From Dudresnaya verticillata (lineage: Eukaryota): DNA of 64,000 nucleotides. The stretch is from NCBI GenBank assembly GCA_977862235.1, contig OZ374566.1, positions 62,001 to 126,000 of the forward strand, read 5' to 3'. The translations under genes and the position numbers were made by a program. Numbering within the stretch: position 1 is the first letter of the stretch; each line of letters opens with the position of its first letter. This document shows, in pieces, positions 1-12,378 of this stretch. Below the pieces are notes generated by a model, which was given only the letters and a program-made list of their open reading frames with translations, ran no database searches and was not told where the DNA came from.

Positions 1-2516
1 GACTACCGCTGGGGTGGGGACCGGGTAATTGCTTGTGTGGAACATCGTTTGCTGCTTTCTGAGGTCCTGCGAGACTCCCCGAAGTGCTTAGGTAACCAGG
101 GGTATACATACTGTCCCCGAGACCACCACTGGTCCTAGAGTTGTTCAGGATTGTCCCAGTTCCATCGTCGAAACCAAAACCACGAGTAGACTGGGAAGCA
201 ACCTGTCCAGCCGGTGGGTAGGGGAACGGATTCGTCCCTGGTGGCGGAGGGATGGCATGAGGAGGATATCCTGCATTCGGGAAGGTAAACATATGTGGGT
301 ATTGGATCGATGGATAACCTGGCATGATATAAGGAGGATTCAGAGGGTCCATATTAGCAGCTAGGGATCCCAGAGTGCTGGTCTTTTCCATATCACCGCT
401 TCCGCGCACTGCTTCCTTCCCAATCCCGTTCGGCATTGTAGTGAGTGTACTCGTGTCTCCAAGACCAGGAATTCCATTGTACTTCCCGCTTCCGGCAGTC
501 ACTGGGGGCATATTCGTTAGTTCATAGGAAGGTACGGATCCCGGTGGCGGGACATTAGAGGTGCCAGGAGTTCCTACATCCCCGGGGGAATCGAATGGAG
601 CAATAGCAGGCGAGTAAGCATGCACTGCTGGCATCATGTAAGGGTTTCCATAGCTTGGTGGGAAGCTCCCACCGGGCGGGAGTGGGAGAACTGGAAACAT
701 TCCTGAGCTCCTGACTCCAACTGAAGACGGCGATCGCGACTTTGACCGCAAAGTCTCATCTGACGTTTTGCTGCCGGGAAGGCCGCTTCCTCCCGTTGTC
801 CTTGGCAACGATGCAGAAGGAACCTCGACGGCATGAGAATCAGATGTTTTCATGAACTGCCTTTCTGTACTGGGTGTAACCACAGCAGTGTCAGGGCCAG
901 GTATATGCTCACTGCGGATGGAGCTCCCCGGCACTGGTTCTGACGATTTCCCAGCGGTTGACCAATTCACATTATCCAGCCCACTTAACCCGAACGATCC
1001 GAACTGAAGGCTCAGAGAATCTCCGGCACTTCGTTCCGCATGCACAGATACATCATCTGTGTCCTCATCGATATCATTGTCGCCGTTCGTAGTGGGAACA
1101 GGCCCGTGTGATCCCCATCCTTGCGGTATTGCTCCATTAGGATCTCGGTGGACATTTACAGACTCTTCCGGTGCAGAAACAGTCGATAGAAAATCGTCTC
1201 CAGGTAAGGCCTCCGCTCTTGAAGGTGCTTCATCTTCGCTAGGCACACGGGATGGATCCTCCTGCTCCGTGTGTGTGCTTCCCTGCCCCTCAGTCGTGAA
1301 AGATTGTTTTTTGGTAACGCTGGGCTCTACAGCTTGAGAACCATCCGCTGTGTTGCACAATATCGAATCGGCTTCCGTCGGGAGCGTCAATAATGAGGCT
1401 GGAACTGGCGCAGGTTGCGCTTCGGTAGTGACTGGGATTTGCTTTGCGTGGCTGGTGCCCGCGGCCGCGACCGCAGCATAATTGAATTTCCTCTTAACAC
1501 TTGTGGGTAAGAGGACGGCCTGCTTCTGATTTGACTTTTGGATTGATGAAGGTAGTAGCCGCACATCGTCGCATTCACGGTCGTCAAGTGCCGGAATACT
1601 GGCGATCTCCTCCCCAGGAACTCGCAAAGTCCAATGCTGTTTCGATACGACGGAATGTGTGGCATCTTCCCAAGCATTTTCGGCTGAGTCTGTCGCTGCA
1701 TCCATGTGGTTAGTCTCAGGCCAGGGATCCGGTTTCCCGGTTGGCCGCTCTCCCCACATGCTATCTTTTGGGTTGCTTTCCCCCGGCCATGTTTGGGTAT
1801 GACCTGGAGACGTCCAAGTCTGCGTCGATGGCTCCGCAAGAGCTTTTGACCCATTCTCCAAGCGCAATTCACCACTCTGAGAAGGGTGCTTCTTCAATGC
1901 CAGACCGTCTTTCGCTTTGACCCGTGTGGAATAGTTTCGAGACCCACGGCGAAAGCCGGTAGGACAGTGGGTATCGTGACAGCATGAGCGATCGTTTTCT
2001 CGTCTACCCTTGTCGCGATCACGGTCACGATCACGATCACGATCACCCTCTCGCTCAAAGCTGCGAGAGTACCCATGCCCAACACGAGGCAAAGCGCCCG
2101 ACCTCGGATATGTAGCAGGCTTCTTCTTTTTTGAGACCCGCGACCAAGTGAAAATCTCATTACCGCTCAAGAATCGCTCAATGGCCATCGTCTCATCCAT
2201 ATGACAAGCGTCCAAAACCCGAACGGCTTCGTCCCGGGACACGTTACATACCTCCACGATGTTGGCGACCTTTTCTTCGTCTACAGCACTGAGTTTCAGG
2301 TTGAGGTCAGCAGATTCTATCTGAAGATTTGCCCCAGTACCCTAGTGACCACGAAACAAGCCACACAAATAGAAAGGAAGGGCGTTAGGAGACGAAAACA
2401 GGCCACAAAGTTTCGGCAAAGGAAAGAGAATGCGATCAGTATCGCTTCGGTTAGTCATTAGTGCCCCGAGAAGCCGCATAATCGTGCCGAAATCAGATGC
2501 GCCATGCGCGTACCAT
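1..2516 (-). CDS. Host gene, UBAP2/UBAP2L/Lingerer-like protein (N-terminal UBA-like domain, low-complexity P/G/S/Y-rich C-terminus); 3' end lies outside the window
   Basis: Manual translation shows the frame is stop-free from 2341 to base 1 (about 780 codons), which explains its absence from the ORF track. The N-terminus KVANIVEVCNVSRDEAVRVLDACHMDETMAIERFLSGNEIFTWSRVSKKKK resembles the UBA + W..V.KKK segment of UBAP2L/GIP1-type proteins. An RD repeat, an LSLQFGSFG motif (about 990-1015) and a P/Y-rich tail follow. Putative exon 1 is the ATG at 2516-2514. Confidence 0.75.
2342..2513 (-). other. Predicted 172-nt spliceosomal intron directly after the start codon
   Basis: The minus strand reads CACC ATG|GTACGC ... 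CTAAC branch-like motifs ... CACTAG|GGT ACT. Phase-0 splicing joins the ATG in frame to the long exon and removes the in-frame TAG at 2342-2344. Confidence 0.6.
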
Positions 2517-3238
2517 GGTGCGGAACAGCTTCGGGCGGCAAAGACAGGCGGACAGAAGCAAAATCGAAACGAAAAGAGTGCAAGGCACGGTGGGCGTTGG
2601 CGCAAAGAGTAGCGGGAGAATGTAGTCCTGAAAGGGCAAGAAATACACGTTCGCTGCTGGCAGCTATCTCTGAGAGGACAGGAACGGATGCCACAGTCGT
2701 TACCGAGCCGGACGAAAACAAAAACGAGAATGTTTGTGCGGCCAAAACTCGGTCCTTGGAAAGGTATTCGTGGCCACTTAAAAACTGCAAGTACCAACGG
2801 AACACTCAGATGGCGTCCCTGCACACCTGCTGTACGTCAGTGGGCAGTGCAGCGTCGGCGTCGGAATTTGTCGGACGGAATTGCCTTGTGTTTTCTCGCC
2901 GTCGCGACGCGCCTTTCTGTGCCGTTTGCGATCACGCAACTGTAATATTGCTGCGTTGCGCTTACAGCGCAAATGGCTTGAAAAAAGACATATCTGGACA
3001 AGATGTCCAGGTGTGATCAGCGCGAATGGTGTCCTGAGTCTGTTACGCCGCTGGAGGATGCGCGGCAAAAGCTGGCAAATTTTATTTGTATTTTGCATCT
3101 TCGCGCGAACCCAGACGGGCTCACGCGAATACCGGCGACGCACGTAATACAAAGCGACCGCCTTCCTCCTCCTTCCCCCCCCCCCCCCCCCCCCCCTTGG
3201 GGGGGTCAGAACAGTAAACAGCTTAAGATCACTAAGAG

Positions 3239-3885
3239 TGTGGTCAGGCTACTGCGAGGGTGTTCCGCCCGAGCCCTGTTCCCTATTATCCCCGTCCGCC
3301 CCGCTAACCCCTTCGCTCGCTAACCCCCTCCCGTCGCGGAAACAAGGTTGCTCTTGTTGCGACCCGCGCGCCCCTACGACTCTCACAACAGAGTCGACGT
3401 ATAAAACCAAGACCGTCCCGGCTGGGCGTCGTACTGGTTGCGGAGGGGCGTGTGCCATGGCACCTGGGGTGCCAGGGGTTTCAATCAAGTTTCTCCCCAG
3501 CCCGGTGATTGGTCAATAGCGTTTCGTCCCCAGCTAAACTTGGCATCCCATTGGCTCCCCTCCTTGCGTCCCCAGCTAGTTCATTGACCACTCTTGGCCA
3601 ACCACGAGCCCCACATCCGTTTCGTCCGCAGCTAAGGACGCGTGTCCCACCTCCACGCCAATCATCCTTCTCACGGCGCATGTCCCACACCCCCCACACA
3701 CCCCTGAGACCTACGGCGAGGCAGCTGCCCGCTGTACGCGTTGTACACGTGTTGGGTGTGACAAGAGTGACAGGTCGTGACACCCGAAAGCGCGCGCTTC
3801 TGTTCGGCCGGCGACGCGGGGGGGATTTGGCGCGGCGCGCCAGCGTCGGCGGCGCATCAAATCACATTTCATTGCGGTGACCACA
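3239..3885 (-). repeat. Probable 3' LTR remnant of a further LTR retrotransposon (element E)
   Basis: Inverted termini TGTGGTCA (3239) and TGACCACA (3885) are of the same style as the other LTRs. A C-rich tract follows at 3886-3922, which is PPT-like on the minus strand. There is no TSD and no partner LTR in the window. Confidence 0.5.
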
Positions 3886-4041
3886 CCCACGCCCTCCCTA
3901 CCCCGCCCACCCCCACCCTCCCAGCGCTCATCCGCACCACGGTCCGCGTCCGCGGTAATCGGTTCTCTTCTTTTTGTTGCCCCTTTGTCCGAAGGGGAAC
4001 ATATATGTGGTATAGTGAAAACCCACGAACTCCGAGACGGA

Positions 4042-4716
4042 TGTGGTGAAGTGAAAGGCACACCTGTAAGGAGAGCTGACCAGGCAATCCCAATAAGGAG
4101 TGATCTCACACGGCACCGGGGTGGTAGAGCTTAGTTCGTAAATCGAAGGGAGTACCTCGAGCGGCAACACCTGTAAGGAGTAAAGGGACGCAACAGACAA
4201 GGGGGACGGTACAGTGCCAGGACAGCTACACCGAGACGGAGGTAGGAGTAATCCGTGCACGGGGCTGGCGAGGGGAAACCGTAAAGGAGTATGAGGGTAA
4301 GGCTTAGGGTAAGTCACTTTGCCCAGGGTTGCGTACCCGTTTACTGTATGACTCGCGGTGGCCACCCATTAATATACTGGGAGATACGCCCCGCGGTCCG
4401 GTCCGTGTGGGCCAGAATCCAATGGGTCTGGTCCACCAGGTGGGTCCGGCCCTACTGGTCCCGGTCACCGTTACGGACATGCTCGGCATTCTCATTGGCC
4501 GGCTGACACTACGTACTGTACAGAATGATTATAATTACCTAATTACAAATAAATCAACTGCTTGACTCCTATTGGTGGTACGTGCAGACTCCAGCAGGGC
4601 ATACAGTGTTACTGTGTCACTGCACTCCGCTTCGGCTTTTGGCGCCAGCTCACCGGTGCGCCGGCCGTGAGTCGGCTCAACCGTCGTCCGCACTCCGAAA
4701 CGGCCGCTTCACCACA
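4042..4716 (-). repeat. 3' LTR of element A (675 bp)
   Basis: Direct repeat of 15103-15769 with about 12 substitutions and one 8-bp indel (CCTATTGG), counted by eye. Confidence 0.97.
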
Positions 4717-4731
4717 GACCCCCCTCCTTAA
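4717..4731 (-). promoter_or_regulatory. Polypurine tract of element A
   Basis: The minus strand reads TTTAAGGAGGGGGTC immediately before the 3' LTR. Confidence 0.85.
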
Positions 4732-4878
4732 ATGGCGACACGTCCTCGTGCGCCTCGGGAGTTGGGTACTCACTCCATTCAGGTATACCGCAACATTCCA
4801 TCATCCACTGCTTTACCAACCGGTGCATCATCTTGCCGATCAACCAACGCGCTCTTCCATTCCGGTGTGCCGCTTGCC

Positions 4879-7595
4879 ATGGCGGTTGGCAGCACTGACC
4901 GCGGGCGGTTCCCTTTTCAGCCGACGCGCCATTCGCAGTCGGCGGGGGAGGTGCCAGCAGCGGAGATCTCCACGCGAGAAGAAGAACCGCGGCCGACCAC
5001 CATACCGGAGTTGCCTATCGTAGGGGCCGGAGCGCCAGGGCGTCCGACGAGCCCGAGGGTGCCACGCCGCCGCATCCAGGGCGAGGGCCCGATTTCGGGT
5101 ACACCGCTTCCGGATCGTCAAGTGGGATGTGGGGCACATAGGCCTGGTAGGGCCATGGGTAACACCGAAATGGAGTACCGCGCAAGCGGTGAGACACGAC
5201 AGGGGGGAGTCACGCCGGTTGCGCCGGAGCAGCAGTGGTCGACTCCGCATGGTCGGACTAGGAGCGTGCACCCACTGCCGTCACCGATGAGGGGCGGCGT
5301 GATTACTCCACCTGGGCCAAGGTCGTTCACTCCAGCTGGGTATCGGGGTCTCGCAAGCTCAACCGAGTACACCGATGAGGGGACGTGGTTGGGTCGCGAA
5401 TACGATCACCGCACCGGTCGGCGTCATCGCACCGAAGAGGAGCGCGACATAGTCCGCCTCCCCCTTCCCGTTTCGGTGTTCGTGATGTATTACGCCGATA
5501 CGCTGGAGGGGCGCCGCTATAACGCCGTGACGGAGTCAAGCGGGCTGATCAACCACAAGTGGTTTCCGAACCGGCAGGAAGAAATGTGGAAGTCCCGCTG
5601 GATTCACTCCGCGTGCCGGACACGGACTCCTCGTGGGTGTGACATCGTATGGGTGCGGTGTCAGGAAGAAGAGGGTTATGCCGAGAAGGTGTTCCGCTTA
5701 TTGGTGTCCGCACATCGGCTGCAGAATCGTCCAGTGGGTGTGGAGTTTTTGTGCTACTCCAAACCGTACGACCAGGGTGTACATTGGTTTGGCAATCCGC
5801 AACGGTGGTCCGACGACGCAGCGAAGGAACACCGACTCCGTTCACGGGATCGCGATGGGCGCCGCTTGGGTAGGGTATTACTCCACACGTGGAATACCCA
5901 CGAATTCTTCCAAGTGCCGGCGTCATCGCACCGCAGCCTCTACCTTACCGCGCCAGAATGGTGGGCAGAATACGAGGTCACCCGCTGGCTTTCGGTTCCA
6001 ACTCCGACTGTGGTGGCGTACTTCACGAATAGGTTCCTTCGACACCGTAATTGGAAAGAGTTACACCCTAGCGGAGAGAAGTCAATCGATCACCCACAGA
6101 TGGCCGTTTTGGAGTTGATCCTGCGTTCGGAGTGGGCGATGTTCGTCCTCTTTTCGTGGCTTCAAGTTACCTATCGCGGTGTGTGTGCTAACACGAAAAT
6201 GACCGATTGGAGAGCCTTCCCAAGGGACAGCACCGAGCCGGAAGGTGGCGACTGCGGGCGCATTTTCGAGTTGCCCGCCAAGGTCGTCGCGCTCATACAC
6301 CAAATGGGAGTAGCCGCGCTCGTGGAGGGGACCGAGTATCCATTGGAGCGCGTGCAATGGTTGTTCACGATCCACGCAAACACCAACTGGAAGAAGACAC
6401 CGGGTTTCGTCGGCTACCATTGGGACGACGACCGGGTGTTGTCCGTTCCGCCGTTGAGTCCAGGGTGCGGTCTACCTTACTACCTGTCGGCGGAGGATCC
6501 CAATCCGGTGTGGTTGCTTGATGAGGAGATGGCCAACTGGCATGCGATGCGATCCCACACCAGGCACTATCCGGTTACGGAGGGGCCACCGAGGCGGTTG
6601 GGACACCGCGAGTGGGGTATGCCGTCTGGGGCACGTGCGCGTGGCGGGAGCCCCTTGGCAGATCAAGAAGAAGTTACACCCGTGGGAATGGTAGGCATCG
6701 AGCCAACGCGTGCAGACCCGAGGGTGCTGGTGCCCCGCGAATCGCCAGAGGTTGAGTCGAGTACCCGCGATCGCGTGGCGGTACCGCCAACTAAGCCCGT
6801 AACGGTGTCTCCAAAAGGAGCAGAGGCGCAGGGGACGAAGGTTGTGCTGCCGCCCCCGTCAGCACTGGAGCACACCGATGCGGTTCCAATCATGACAGTG
6901 GTGCGGCCGAGGGTTAGTGAGGCCCGTACTCCACGAACTACGGGAGAGAAGGTTACCGGCGTGGAGACCCAGCCAGTAGCGCGGGCGGCCAAGACCACTC
7001 AGCTGGGACCCATTGGGATGCCAGAAGACTCCGATGCGGAAGTTACTACCACGCCGATGGGGAAAAGAAAGGCGTCTACACCATTGGGGGTGAATCCGTC
7101 CGCCAAAATGCAGGGCGGTACACCAAACCGGGGCGGCGTTGTCAAACCGACGTCGACAGAGTCCAGTGACTCCGTCGTCTGCGTCACCCCTTGGATCCAG
7201 ATGGTACCGCGGCAAGGCTTACCGACTCCGTCACGGTAAAGGAGGAGAAGGACACCGATGCGGAGATGTCGACGTGGTGCGACGCAGATTTGCGTGTCGA
7301 TGGGGCTGCGCTGCAGCGACTCCGCGATGGGTGTAGGGCCGCAGGTATGCCACTTCCAGCGTCGGCGAACGAGGCCATTAACACCGCTGTGTTGTGGGTC
7401 GGGCGTCTGGCGCACCTACGGCGTACCATTCGCGCTTCGCGTCGACGCATGGCAGACACCGGCAGGAGACTCACCATGATTACCGCAAGGGTGTATGGTG
7501 AGGATATTCCCGACTTGGAGGAGAGTGCGGCGAAAGAGGAAGATACGGAGGCTGACCTGGCGCCGCCAGCGAAGCGTCCACGAAATGCGTTGTAA
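4879..7595 (+). CDS. Antisense accessory ORF of element A, function unknown; one frameshift near 7190
   Basis: 835-aa ORF 4732..7239 continued by 7191..7595. The likely start is ATG 4879, matching the position of the A' start. It is strongly similar to the A' ORF, has a W/Y/R-rich core at about 5380-6560, and AATAAA follows at about 7616. Confidence 0.85.
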
Positions 7596-7979
7596 GCGTA
7601 GAAATGCCACTTGTCAATAAAATCTTGTGACTTTTGTGAGCCCCCCTTCCACTGGCGGAGGGGAAGTGGAATAACACCACTTGTGGAGTGAGTCCCGAAG
7701 TGGCGGGGATACTCTCCACTATGCAAAGCTTTGCGTCTGGTTGACGACCACCTGATACCAGAAGTGGTTGAGCGTTTGCCGGCGATTCACCAATATGGAG
7801 TAGAGCCCCTTAGGCAAGGGTTCTGTGGTTCCCGAGTCCAGAGGTGATGCCCATTTTGTACCAACGCCAAGTCACCAATACAGAGTAGGGCCCCTTGGGC
7901 AAGGGTTCTGTGAACACGGAGTCCACAGGTCATGCCCGATTTTGCAAAAACTCCTACTGCGTGGGTGAGTAGCGACTGG

Positions 7980-10900
7980 TTATCGACGCGGGGGAGCTCT
8001 GCGACGTCGAGCTGCAGCGGCTGCTGTGCGCTTTCTATTCCAATAGCGGTGTATGAAGTTTTGCGGCAACTCCTCAGCGGGTTCATACGTGTCTTGGTCT
8101 GGTGGGTAGCCGTACCAACGCACCTTGTAGGTCATGCCCGTGGGTTCTTCGCGGTGTCCCACGACCTGCTCGATGACATACTCCGTGTCGGCATCAATTG
8201 TTTCCGGCACGGGGGCAGAAATACCGCCTGGTGTTTGGGGCGTTACAGTAATACCACCTGGTGTTTGGGGTACTACTGTGGTACCTCCCGCCTGTTGGGG
8301 TACTGTACCGTCCATGTCGGTGTGTGGCGTAACCGGCGGAGCCAATAGCGGCGCCGGTTGCACGGGAACTCTAATTGGTACCTTAGTGATGCGATCGATG
8401 CTGATGGGAATCAGGACGCCATTTTTCTTGATAGTGACTACAGTATCCGTTGCGGTGTGCACCTCGTAGGGGCCCGTCGATCTTGGGAGGAGCTCTTCAT
8501 TTGCTCCGCAAATTCACCGACGTGGTCAGGGCCTTGGCCCAATCGGTCGCGTTCCTTCCGTTCGGTGGGCCGTAGATTACGCGGCGGGCGATCTACGTAG
8601 ACTTGATCGCCACCGCGGACCACCGGTCGGAAACGCACCTTACGGTCGAATAGGGCCTTGGACTTCAACTGGGCTGCAGTCTGTTTGGTCTGTGCCTTCT
8701 GTAGGGCATAACGCAAACGCCGCATGGTTCCCGGTTTTTGGAGTACGGGCGTCATACGCCCCTCCGTAACGGTTTCTTCCAACTCCACAGGGGTGCCACG
8801 CACAATAATATCCGATGGGTGTCGAGTTAACACCAAGTCTAAGGGAGTAGTATCCGTAATCCGGTGTACCTGCATATTGTAGGAGTAGGTTAACGGCTGT
8901 AGGTATAAATCCCAATCGGTGTGGTGATCCTCGACATAGTGTCGAAGGCGCTGCGCGATGGTTTTGTTAAACCGCTCGGCTTGCCCGTTGGCTTGCGGGT
9001 GGTAGGCAGCGGTCAGCAAATGCCGCACTCCGAGTAGGGCACAGACAGCGTCGAAGAACTTCGCCGTGAACTGTCTTCCATTGTCGGTGAGTACAAATTT
9101 AGGTGCGCCATACGCATACACCCAATGGTCTAAAAATGCGTTCGCCACCACGACGGCTGTAATCGTCCGTAACGGAATGCACCGTGTTAGCTTAGAAAAC
9201 CGATCGGTGATGACCAGTACAGAGACATATCCCCGTTTGGTTTTCGGCAGCGGGCCCAATATGTCCGTAGCGACAAACGCCAGTGGGCCAGTCGCGGGGA
9301 AAAGCTTCATGAACTTCTGATGCCTAAACCGCGTGCCCTTGGTTTTGACACATGAGTGGCAACTCCGAACGGTCTCGAATACATCGTTAGCCATATGTGG
9401 CCAATAGTAGTCTCTCCGTAAGGTGTATTACATCTTAATTCCACCAGGGTGTCCCGACATCAAGGTGTAATGGGCAAGGTACAGGACCCTACCGCGCATC
9501 TGTTGCGGTACCACCTTTTGGAGTGCGCCGTCGAGGGCAGACTTGCGCACAAGAAACCCATGTCGGTCGTAGTCAAATTGTGATCCAGGGGATCCCACTG
9601 ATTCGGCTTTGAGCTTGCAGAAAGTATCTGTTGCTTGCGCGGCTATGAACTCCTCACGGGTAAGGGTCTCATTGCGCATATCCTCTTGTTGGATAACCGT
9701 TTGCCGGAGTGGAGTGGGTGGTACTGTATCCTTTTCAGGCGTAGTATCCGTTTCGGTGTTTCCACTTTCAACGCCTAGGACAAGGCTGCTTGCGGCATCA
9801 GGCTGTTGGTTCTGTTTCCAATTGGTTAGTCGCACACCATGTTGCACTACCCCATTAGGAGTCGATTCCATAACGAAGCAAGGCACTTCTTCATCCAATT
9901 CAGCTTTGTCAGCACCACCTGTTCAGAGTCTTGACATACCGTCTGCGAGTTGGTGCTTGATACCAGGGCGGTATTGTACTTCGAATTCAAATTCCGATAG
10001 GCGTAGGCGCCATCTTGCTAAGCTTCCAGACGCATCGGCTAAACTCAATATCCAGCGTAATGCGTCGTGATCCGTACGGAGTATAAACTTTTCACCATAA
10101 AGGTAGGGGCGTAGCGATAGCATACTCCAAACTACAGCAAGGCACTCCTTTTCAGTGGTTGTGTAATTCTTCTCCGCATCGGTTAGGCTTCGGCTCCAGT
10201 AACCCACTGGTAGATTATCTCCACTAGGTTGCTCCTGGAGAAGGACACACCCAACTTGGTAATCACAAGCGTCGGTATCCAATGTATACTTGAAACCATG
10301 GTGGGGTAAAGCCAATATTGGAGGGGAGATTAAGTGTCTCTTTAACTCCTCAAAGGCGTTAAACTCCGTTTCGGTGAGAGTTCCAAACTCGAATACCAGA
10401 CCCTTGCCGGTTTTCTTATTGAGTGGCGAAGCAATACGTGCGAAATTAGGAACGAAGCGTCGATAGACGTTACATAAACCTATAAAAGAGCGTAATTCCG
10501 TTTGGTTTGTAGGTGGCATAGCCTCCTTAACGGCGAGAATATTCTTCCGTTCCACTTCCAGTTGGCCTGGGCGCACGATGTGGCCCAGATACTGTACGGA
10601 AGTGTCGAAGAAGGCACACTTTGATAATTTCAGAGTTACACCTGCGGAACGGAGTAGCGTGAGGACCTCCTTAAGGTTTTCGAAGTGCTCCGTGACGGTG
10701 TTAGAATATACAATCACATCATCCAGGTAGACTAAGGCAAATTGCCATTTCACCGTAGATAGGATGATGTCAACCGCCCGTTGGAAGGTAGCGGGTGCGT
10801 TCTTGAGCCCAAAAGGCATTCTCCGGAAGCGGTATAATCCATAATGACTGGTGAAGGTGGTTTTGTCACGCTCCTCCTCGGGGATCTCTACTTGCCAATA

Positions 10901-12378
10901 GCCACTATTACAATCCAGAGTGGTGAATACTGTAGCTTCTCCAAGGAAGTCGATACATTCATCCATCCGGGGTAAAGGGTATGAATCCCGAACGGTGACA
11001 GCGTTAAGTCGCCTGTAATCGACACAAAACCGCATGGAGCCGTCCTTTTTAGGAACGAAGACCACAGGGCTGGCCCACTCCGAAGCGGATGGCTCGATCA
11101 CCTTAGCGGACAACATACGATCCACTTCTGCCTTCTCCAGCTCGCACTGTTTATGTCCTGCCCGATATGGTGCTTGATACACCGGTTTGGCACCAGGCAT
11201 TAATTCAATACGGTGTTTCGCGGCAGTTATATTTCCTAACTCGCCGTTCCACATAGTGCTGAACTCCTCGAGGAGTGTAACCACCTTAGCGCGGAGTTTT
11301 TCATCCTTGGCACCAATATGGATGTTATCTTTCCAATCGGTGTCAGGGGTTGTAGTTGATTCCGATACGGTGTTTCCTTTGAATCCATCCTGGGGTGTAG
11401 CCTTGCTGCTTTCATTAGGAGGAGTAGGAAAGAAATTAATATGTCCTCCCCCCTCCTTAAATGGAGGTACACCGTTAACGGTGAGTATGGCAGAGGGAGC
11501 AGCAGTAGTGAGGCCCAGGACGGTAGACTTGGGTAACCGAACCGGTTTGGGGGAAAAATTAGTCAGCCACACCTTAAAGGGTTTGTTAGGGATTATATCC
11601 ATAACTCCTTTAGCCATAAGGGTGAGGTGCTTATGGATGGGTTTGGGATGGTTTTGAAGAAAACACAAACCACCGGTAGGAGTGGTGACCAATGCAAGGG
11701 ATTGGGTCATAGGGGGATAATAAGGGATGTTGCTAGACGGAGCTTTTGCGATACCGAAGCGGATGACACAGGGGGGCTCTGAAGAGTAGAAGCAGCCACC
11801 GTTTTGGAGTATCTGGTTTGTCCCATCAGAGAAACCGGAGAGTGGTGATGAAAAACAACTTTCCGTGCCGGTGGGAGGATCGCCTTGACATGGCGATCAA
11901 TGAAACTGGTTCCCAGAATACACGGAGCAGCGAGGTTCGCGACCACCAGGAAGTGGACTCGAGTACGCAATTCTCCGATACGGACAAAAAGTTGAATGAC
12001 ACCAAGCGGGCGTATAGACCTATTGGACGCATCCCGTAAAGGTGGACTGGCTGCGGGGCGGATCAAAGACAACCAGTGGCGTGGAAGCCGCCTGGCGTTA
12101 ATGAGATTTGGCCCAGCACCAGAATCCAATACGGTGATGAGAGGCAACATGAGGTCATTACTCCTTCCCACGGTAATCTGGATTTTATAATTCTGCCGTT
12201 GTAGAACACAGACAGAATCACCGGGTGGTGGAAATTCAAGGGGGATTTCTGGAATAAAATCAAGGGGGTACTCCATAATGGTGGCGGACTGACACTCCGA
12301 CAAAGCCCGTGCTGGTGGGCGTACCACGTCGCGTTGAGGAGACGGGGACGCCCTTACACGTCTCCTGCGACGTTTTCC
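7980..12378 (-). pseudogene. pol: pol of element A: protease, RT, RNase H, integrase, chromodomain; interrupted
   Basis: Motifs: LDSGAGPN (PR); WASPVVFVPKKDGSMRFCVDYRRLN and YLDD (RT); LDTDAC and EKECLAVVW (RH); H..GHPG, C..C, TDNG and QAERFN (IN); EYVIEQVVGH...YKVRWYGY (chromodomain). Breaks at about 11707 (frameshift), 9923 and 9428 (stops), and about 8460 (frameshift). Confidence 0.95.
8219..8310 (-). repeat. Three 30-bp tandem units in the integrase-chromodomain linker of A
   Basis: Encodes TVPQQAGGT-TVVPQTPGGI-TVTPQTPGGI. Confidence 0.7.

Noticed and set aside
2004..2048. GATCAC tandem repeat and an SR-like ORF at 2010..2204
   Set aside because: This is the reverse strand of the RD repeat in the host gene.
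1387..3152. Short ORFs in the supplied track over 1-3200
   Set aside because: They are off-frame or antisense to the real long minus-strand ORF, or lie in its intron and promoter.
3928..4565. ORFs overlapping LTRs (e.g. 3928..4365, 14953..15426, 58326..59168)
   Set aside because: They recur only because the LTRs are repeated, and they show no protein-like motifs.
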